Origin: Acidobacteriota bacterium
GTDB lineage: Bacteria; Acidobacteriota; Thermoanaerobaculia; UBA5066
DNA length: 48,735 nt
Direction: 5' to 3'
Assembly (NCBI GenBank): GCA_037443065.1
Contig: JBBIPB010000003.1
Span: forward strand, 1 to 48,735
Of the stretch, positions 44,624 through 48,735 are shown piece after piece. Every line of letters starts with the position of its first letter. The first letter of the stretch is position 1. The notes below the pieces were generated by a model. It saw only the letters and a program-made list of their open reading frames with translations, was not told where the DNA came from and ran no database searches. The position numbers and the translations under genes are program-made.

Positions 44624-45535
44624 TCAACTCCCGGACGGTCCCATTCCCAGCGTCGCGTTCACGATGTGGCGGGCGATCGAGGGGTTCTCCCGGAGCCGCC
44701 GCGTCGAATAGGCGTACCAGTCGCGGCCGTAGGGGACGTAGACGCGTAGCCGGTGTCCCGAGGAGATCAGGATCCGGCGCAACATCGGATCGACCCCGAG
44801 GAGCATCTGGAACTCGTAGGCGTCGGCCGGGAGCTTGAGGCGGTCGATCGTCGCGAGCGCGGCCTGGACACACGCCTCGTCGTGGGTGGCGATGGCCGCG
44901 TAGCACCCGGCGCCGAGGTGCCGCTCCACCATGGCGGCGTAGTTCCGGACGATGACGTCGTGGCCCTTGTACGCGAGCTCGCGCGGCTCGTTGTAGATCC
45001 CCTTGCAGATCCGGACGTTCATCCTGGCTTCGCCGAGCCGGGCGAGATCGGAGAGGCTCCTCCGGAGGCAGGCCTGCAGAACCGTCCCGACGTTTCCGAA
45101 CTCCGCCTTCAGGTCGAGGGCGACGCGGATCGTCTTTTCCGTGAAGGGGGTGTCCTCCATGTCGAGGCGGACGAAGATGCCGAGCCCGGCCGCCTTCCGG
45201 CAGATCGCGGCGAGATTCCGGCGCGCGAGGTCCGGGTCGATGCTGAGCCCGACGGCCGTCGGCTTGACGGACGTGTTCGCGGGAAGCCCGCTCGCCGCGA
45301 TCGCGTCGAGGACGCGAAGGTACTCTTCGCGCGCAGCGTCGGTCTGCTCGGGGCGGGTGACGCTCTCGCCGAGGAGGTCGAGGGTCGCCATCGCTCCCTC
45401 GGCGGCGAGGGACCTTGCGGCGGCAATCGCGTCCTCCAGCGTCTCACCGGCCACGTACCGGCGTGCGACCTGGCGAACGATGCCGCGCGGCACGAAGGGG
45501 ATCGAGGCGACGACGAAGCGGTCGAAGAGGCTCAT
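44624..45535 (-). CDS. Proline dehydrogenase (monofunctional PRODH)
   Basis: SVKPTA.GL, R.DMEDT, VLQA.L.R, VR.CKG.Y.E, ATHD and EFQMLLGV are PRODH barrel motifs. Confidence 0.85.
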   Translation of the reverse strand: MSLFDRFVVASIPFVPRGIVRQVARRYVAGETLEDAIAAARSLAAEGAMATLDLLGESVTRPEQTDAAREEYLRVLDAIAASGLPANTSVKPTAVGLSIDPDLARRNLAAICRKAAGLGIFVRLDMEDTPFTEKTIRVALDLKAEFGNVGTVLQACLRRSLSDLARLGEARMNVRICKGIYNEPRELAYKGHDVIVRNYAAMVERHLGAGCYAAIATHDEACVQAALATIDRLKLPADAYEFQMLLGVDPMLRRILISSGHRLRVYVPYGRDWYAYSTRRLRENPSIARHIVNATLGMGPSGS

Positions 45536-46284
45536 GCGTCTCCCTCCGGAGTCCGCGCGAGGATCGCGAGGTCGACGCGCCGTGCGCCGGCGTCCCGGAG
45601 CGCTTCGGCTGCCGCGAAAGCCGTCGCCCCCGTCGTCATCACGTCGTCGACGAGGAGGAACGTCCGGCCCCGGGCAACGGGGCGGCCCCGGAAGGCACCG
45701 GCGACGTTCGCGCGCCGCTCGGAGGCTCCCAGCGCGGACTGGGGTGGGGTCTCTTTCACGCGCCTCAACGCGGGAAGGACGCGAAGGGAGAGACGACGGC
45801 CGACCTCCGCGGCGAGAAGGGCGCCCGGATCGTAGCCGCGTTCCCGGTTTCGGCGGCGGGTCGACGGGATGGCCGCGACACCGTCAGGGGCGTCAATCCC
45901 CCCGCGCCGGACGGCCTCGGCGAGGAGGGCTCCGGCCGGCGCGGCGGCGATGTCGAAGCCCCGGAACTTCATCGCGTGGACGAGCTGCCTGAGGGTCCCC
46001 TCATACGGCCCGAAGGCGACCGCTCGGAGTACGGGCGGCTCCGATTCGGCGCAGCCGCGGCAGAGTCCGCCGCCGTTCGGGAGCGCGCACCGCGGGCAGG
46101 TCGAGCCCGCGTCGAAGCGGGGAAGTCCCGTCCAGCACGATCGGCAGAACCCGCCGCCTCCCGTTCCGCGGCGAGGCCTGTCGCACCCGGCGCATCGCGA
46201 GGGCGCGATCAGCGAGAGAAGCAGGGCGAGAGGCGTCTCAGGCGCCGGGACCCGGCCGGGGATCGTCGCGTCCAGGAGCGCCAC
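45532..46284 (-). CDS. comF: ComF-family phosphoribosyltransferase-like protein
   Basis: N-terminal Cys pairs are present (C.GC...C..C and CPRC...C.GC), and the PRTase motif is FLLVDDVMTTGAT. The stop overlaps the PRODH start (ATGA). The start at GTG 46284 is uncertain. Confidence 0.75.
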   Translation of the reverse strand: MALLDATIPGRVPAPETPLALLLSLIAPSRCAGCDRPRRGTGGGGFCRSCWTGLPRFDAGSTCPRCALPNGGGLCRGCAESEPPVLRAVAFGPYEGTLRQLVHAMKFRGFDIAAAPAGALLAEAVRRGGIDAPDGVAAIPSTRRRNRERGYDPGALLAAEVGRRLSLRVLPALRRVKETPPQSALGASERRANVAGAFRGRPVARGRTFLLVDDVMTTGATAFAAAEALRDAGARRVDLAILARTPEGDA

Positions 46285-46357
46285 GTCCCGGCATTCTAGT
46301 CGAGGCGTTCCCGTTCGTCGCGCCTCTCGCGCCCCGGATTTCCGATATCCTCTGCGG

Positions 46358-46942
46358 ATGATGAGCCTGCCGGAGCCGGCCGCCCTGTTCCGTCCTGTCC
46401 GCACCGCCGCGCTCGCACTTCTCCTTCTCGCGGCCTTGCCCGCCGCGGCGCAGAGCTTCGCCGCCGGAGCGGGCGGCGGCGCCGTCGCCGATCTCGGTGC
46501 GAGCGCCGCCCGGAGCGGCTTTCACAACTTCGGCGGGTACGGATTCTTCGAAGTCTCGATCGAGAGCTATGGAGCGCGCAACGAGGTCCTCCTCCAGGCC
46601 CGAGGAGAGTTCCTCACGCTCCCGGGGGGCGCCGCGGGCGCGCCGGACGTGAACGTCAGCTCCGGCCTCGGGATCGTCACATACCGCTTTCGCGAAGACT
46701 GGTGGGACGCGGGGCTCCTGGCCGGGGTCGGCGTCTTCGGCATCTCCCCGAAGTCTCCCTCGGCGAGTCAGGCCGCCGCCGACCCGTCCGAGACCGTCTT
46801 CGGATGGTGTGCCGGGGCGCAGACCGTCTTCCGGATCTCCCGCCGGGTCGATTTCCGTCTCGAAGCCTCCTGGCAGGTTCCCAGCACCCGGCTCCAACAC
46901 AAGTTCTTCTTCGTGACGGGTGGGTTCGGGTACCGGTTCTAG
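46358..46942 (+). CDS. Small outer-membrane beta-barrel protein (porin-family-like)
   Basis: The signal peptide is ALALLLLAALPAAAQS. The protein has alternating aromatic and hydrophobic strands and a C-terminal GGFGYRF with terminal Phe. Confidence 0.6.
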   Translation: MMSLPEPAALFRPVRTAALALLLLAALPAAAQSFAAGAGGGAVADLGASAARSGFHNFGGYGFFEVSIESYGARNEVLLQARGEFLTLPGGAAGAPDVNVSSGLGIVTYRFREDWWDAGLLAGVGVFGISPKSPSASQAAADPSETVFGWCAGAQTVFRISRRVDFRLEASWQVPSTRLQHKFFFVTGGFGYRF

Positions 46943-47008
46943 AGACCGCGTCTCAGGCCAGAGCGCGTAAGGCGGGCTCCGGACGCCCTCCGAACGCGGC
47001 GGGACCCA

Positions 47009-47027
47009 CCCGATCTTTCGGATCGGG
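47009..47027. terminator. Short hairpin cccgatc-tttcg-gatcggg in the convergent intergenic region
   Basis: The 7-bp stem is perfect, and no U tract follows on either strand. It could end the barrel-gene transcript (plus strand) or the candidate small transcript (minus strand). Confidence 0.25.
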
Positions 47028-47066
47028 CGGGGTTGCGGCGGCGGGATGTTCAGATGTGAGGAAGAA

Positions 47067-47147
47067 TCAGGAAGGATGGTAGAGGTGGGGCCGCTGGCTG
47101 GGAAGCCTGCGGGTACTGGGGAGGGTGTTTTTGAAGATCACGTGCAT
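47067..47147 (-). CDS. Candidate 26-codon small ORF (MHVIFKNTLPSTRRLPSQRPHLYHPS), speculative
   Basis: The ATG is preceded by aggga 7 nt upstream and lies about 30 nt downstream of the predicted sigma-54 start site. A hand count gives G/C at 14/26 first, 12/26 second and 21/26 third codon positions, which is coding-like for this genome. The ORF is too short to appear in the supplied track. Confidence 0.2.
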   Translation of the reverse strand: MHVIFKNTLPSTRRLPSQRPHLYHPS

Positions 47148-47190
47148 TTTGGTTTCCCTGATGTCGTTTCGATCTCCTGTCTTCTTTTAC

Positions 47191-47205
47191 GCAAACCAAG
47201 TGCCT
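47191..47205 (-). promoter_or_regulatory. Candidate sigma-54 promoter, AGGCAC-N5-TTGC
   Basis: The minus strand reads gAGGCACttggtTTGCg. GGCAC and TTGC have exactly the consensus spacing, with one mismatch to TGGCAC. It lies in a non-coding, AT-richer gap between convergent genes. Confidence 0.45.
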
Positions 47206-47269
47206 CTGGTTTTGCCACGGGGGCCCGACATCGTCTTCTTCAATGTTTGCAGTAACTTGGACCTGATTC

Positions 47270-47293
47270 TCGACCGAACGGCCGTTCGGTCGA
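47270..47293. promoter_or_regulatory. Perfect 24-bp palindrome TCGACCGAACGG/CCGTTCGGTCGA
   Basis: All 12 bp of each arm are complementary, verified by hand. Its centre lies about 100 bp upstream of the predicted start of the 47191-47205 promoter and 60 nt after the lrp stop. Confidence 0.55.
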
Positions 47294-47352
47294 TCATCCC
47301 ATTTGGGGGTCAGCCACGGACGAAATGACGCCCGGGGATGGCAGCCGGGGCC

Positions 47353-47811
47353 TCAGGCGCCTTCGCTCACGGAGAGGAGCGTCGAGTCCTTCTTGACCGA
47401 GAGCGAGAGTTCCACGCGCGTCCGGGCGACGCCGCGGAGCGTCTGAATCCTCTCGCGCAGGATCCGCTCGAGGTGATCGACGTCACGGGCACGAACTTTC
47501 AGCCGGTAGCCGAACTCCCCGGAGATCGCGCAACATTCCTGGACGTCGAGAAGAGTCTCGATCTCCTCGAGGAACGGGCGCTCGAAGCGTGGATGCTCGA
47601 GACCGACGTCCACGTAAGCGACCAGAGGCATGCCGATCAGGCGCGGATCGAGCAGGGCCGTGAAGCGGCGGATGAAGCCCCGGGTCTCGAGCTTCTTGAT
47701 TCGCTCGTTGACGGACGGCGTCGTCAGGCCGACGGCCTCCGCTATCCGGGCCTGGGAGAGCTTCCCGTCGCGCTGAAGGAGGTCCAGGATCTGACGATCG
47801 ATCTCGTCCAT
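47353..47811 (-). CDS. lrp: Lrp/AsnC-family transcriptional regulator
   Basis: The HTH region is MDEIDRQILDLLQRDGKLSQARIAEAVGLTTPSVNERIKKLE..G.I and is followed by a RAM/ACT-like C-terminal domain. Confidence 0.9.
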   Translation of the reverse strand: MDEIDRQILDLLQRDGKLSQARIAEAVGLTTPSVNERIKKLETRGFIRRFTALLDPRLIGMPLVAYVDVGLEHPRFERPFLEEIETLLDVQECCAISGEFGYRLKVRARDVDHLERILRERIQTLRGVARTRVELSLSVKKDSTLLSVSEGA

Positions 47812-47813
47812 AA

Positions 47814-47848
47814 AAAATTCGGGCGTTTTGCCTCGTAGCCCGAATTTT
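47814..47848 (-). terminator. Inverted repeat AAAATTCGGGC-N13-GCCCGAATTTT: glgC terminator and/or lrp operator or 5'-UTR hairpin
   Basis: The arms are a perfect 11 bp. On the minus strand the hairpin is followed by a T run (gaatttttt) that abuts the lrp ATG. Confidence 0.45.
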
Positions 47849-47872
47849 ATTTGGAGCGGGAGGGAGAATCAA
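47844..47872 (-). promoter_or_regulatory. Candidate sigma-70 promoter of lrp (TTGATT-17 nt-TAAAAT on the minus strand)
   Basis: The hexamers were read by hand. The -35 overlaps the glgC stop codon and the -10 overlaps one arm of the inverted repeat. Confidence 0.4.
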
Positions 47873-48735
47873 CCTGAAACCGCGACCTGAGCCCCCGGAG
47901 CGGCGATTTCGCTCCCTTTCGGGAGGACGACCACCCCCCCGTCGGAGACGTGGAACCGGCGGCGATCCTCCTCCTCGTCGAAGCCGATCTCGACCCGGGC
48001 CGGGATCTTCACGCCTTTGTCCGCGATGACCCGCCGGAGGCGCGCGTGGCGTCCCACCTCGACGCCGTCCATCAGGACGCACTCTTCGATGTGGGAGAAG
48101 GAGTTCACGCGGACGCGGGGGAAGAGGATGGACCGGTGGATCGTCCCGCCCGAGATGATGCAGCCGGAAGCGACCATGGAGTCCGTCGCGAGCCCGACGC
48201 GCTGCGAGACGGCGTCGGCGAAAACGAACTTCGCGGGAGGGAGCTGAGGCGAGTGGCTCTTGATCGGCCACTTTCCGTTGTAGAGGCTGAGAGGCGGTGT
48301 GACCGAGATCAGGTCCATCGAGGCGTCCCAGTAGGAATCCACGGTCCCGACGTCCCGCCAGTAGGGCGCGAGATCCTCCTCGCCGGGGACGCGGTTTGTC
48401 GAGAAGTCGTAGGCGTAGATACGTGCCCCGTCGCGGAGGGCGCCCGGGATGATCGTTTTTCCGAAGTCGTGCGACGTGTCCTGAAGTGCGTCGTGCTCGA
48501 GGGAGTCGATCAGGAAGTTCGCGCGAAAGACGTAGTTTCCCATCGATGCGAGGACGAGCCCGGGAGCCGAGGGAAGAGGGCGCGGCGCCTTCGGCTTCTC
48601 CTCGAATCCGATGACGCGCCCGGACGAGTCGACCTCGAGGATGCCGAAACGCGAGGCTTCGCCGATCGGAACCGGCACGGCCGCGATCGTCACGTCGTAG
48701 CCCCCTGCCTCGTGGAATGCGAGCATCGGGTTGAC
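47869..48735 (-). CDS. glgC: Glucose-1-phosphate adenylyltransferase, 5' end outside the window
   Basis: ASMG.Y.F, WRDVGT.DSYW, the left-handed beta-helix C-terminal pattern (S.V..GCIISGG.I..S.L...V.V) and other typical GlgC segments are present. The ORF is open to the window edge. Confidence 0.9.
   Translation of the reverse strand, partial: VNPMLAFHEAGGYDVTIAAVPVPIGEASRFGILEVDSSGRVIGFEEKPKAPRPLPSAPGLVLASMGNYVFRANFLIDSLEHDALQDTSHDFGKTIIPGALRDGARIYAYDFSTNRVPGEEDLAPYWRDVGTVDSYWDASMDLISVTPPLSLYNGKWPIKSHSPQLPPAKFVFADAVSQRVGLATDSMVASGCIISGGTIHRSILFPRVRVNSFSHIEECVLMDGVEVGRHARLRRVIADKGVKIPARVEIGFDEEEDRRRFHVSDGGVVVLPKGSEIAAPGAQVAVSG

Noticed and set aside
47055-47095. The purine-rich stretch gaggaagaatcaggaaggatggtagagg, considered as an SRP-RNA (4.5S) domain IV-like element
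   Set aside because: The conserved GGAA/AGCA loop arrangement and flanking helices of SRP RNA could not be drawn. The resemblance is limited to a GGAAGGA string.
47046-47328. Plus-strand track ORFs 47046..47255 (69 aa) and 47125..47328 (67 aa) in the convergent intergenic gap
   Set aside because: Neither has an RBS or a recognisable motif. By hand count, third-position G/C of 47125..47328 is about 64%, well below that of genuine genes here. They overlap the better-supported minus-strand elements. I did not exclude a small hydrophobic protein entirely.

Overview
This is a very GC-rich bacterial chromosomal segment (roughly 70% G+C by eye, not computed). It carries about 50 protein genes on both strands. 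I recognised no rRNA, tRNA, CRISPR array, transposase or integrase. All coordinates were derived by hand from the sequence and ORF track, and start codons are often uncertain by a few codons.

Most of the content is housekeeping:
- The 3' end of queD, a PHP histidinol phosphatase, a PduO-type adenosyltransferase, a BamA-family barrel and an acyl-CoA desaturase.
- An oxidative-stress island: prx-trxB divergent from a rubrerythrin / CCG Fe-S protein / DUF3501 / SixA operon.
- A LemA-TPM-TPM operon.
- A ribosome-biogenesis operon: rplU-rpmA-obg-nadD-rsfS-[sigma-54 EBP]-rlmH-[DksA-like]-holA.
- An SNF2 helicase and SWIM zinc-finger pair.
- rsmI, a SurA-like chaperone, an Slt lytic transglycosylase, a HIT protein and prmC.
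- A PAS-REC protein.
- A heme A / copper cluster: DUF420, SCO and a fused ctaA-ctaB.
- An enolase-superfamily racemase, M20 hydrolase and GNAT trio.
- prfA and rpmE.
- A signalling island: FHA-GAF-PP2C phosphatase, NtrC-type regulator and a large polytopic histidine kinase.
- A comF / proline dehydrogenase / outer-membrane barrel operon, a small barrel protein, an Lrp/AsnC regulator and the 3' part of glgC.

The observations most worth following up:
1. The roughly 410-bp AT-richer gap between two convergent genes (46943-47352) contains a near-consensus sigma-54 promoter, a perfect 24-bp palindrome about 100 bp upstream of it, and a 26-codon ORF with coding-like GC3 bias. It is a candidate unannotated sigma-54-dependent small gene or sRNA.
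2. A perfect TGGCAC-N5-TTGC sigma-54 promoter sits only about 15 nt in front of the kinase / NtrC operon.
3. A sensor-less sigma-54 activator with a Walker B Asp-Arg instead of Asp-Glu is wedged between rsfS and rlmH.
4. A Phd-RelE/ParE toxin-antitoxin cassette is inserted into the 3' end of queD between 31-bp direct repeats, and the displaced queD tail is still readable.
5. A perfect 17-bp palindrome lies in the divergent prx / rubrerythrin control region.

Many long ORFs in the six-frame track are Arg/Pro/Gly-rich shadow frames and were rejected. The gene repertoire resembles Acidobacteriota-like lineages, but that is inference only.
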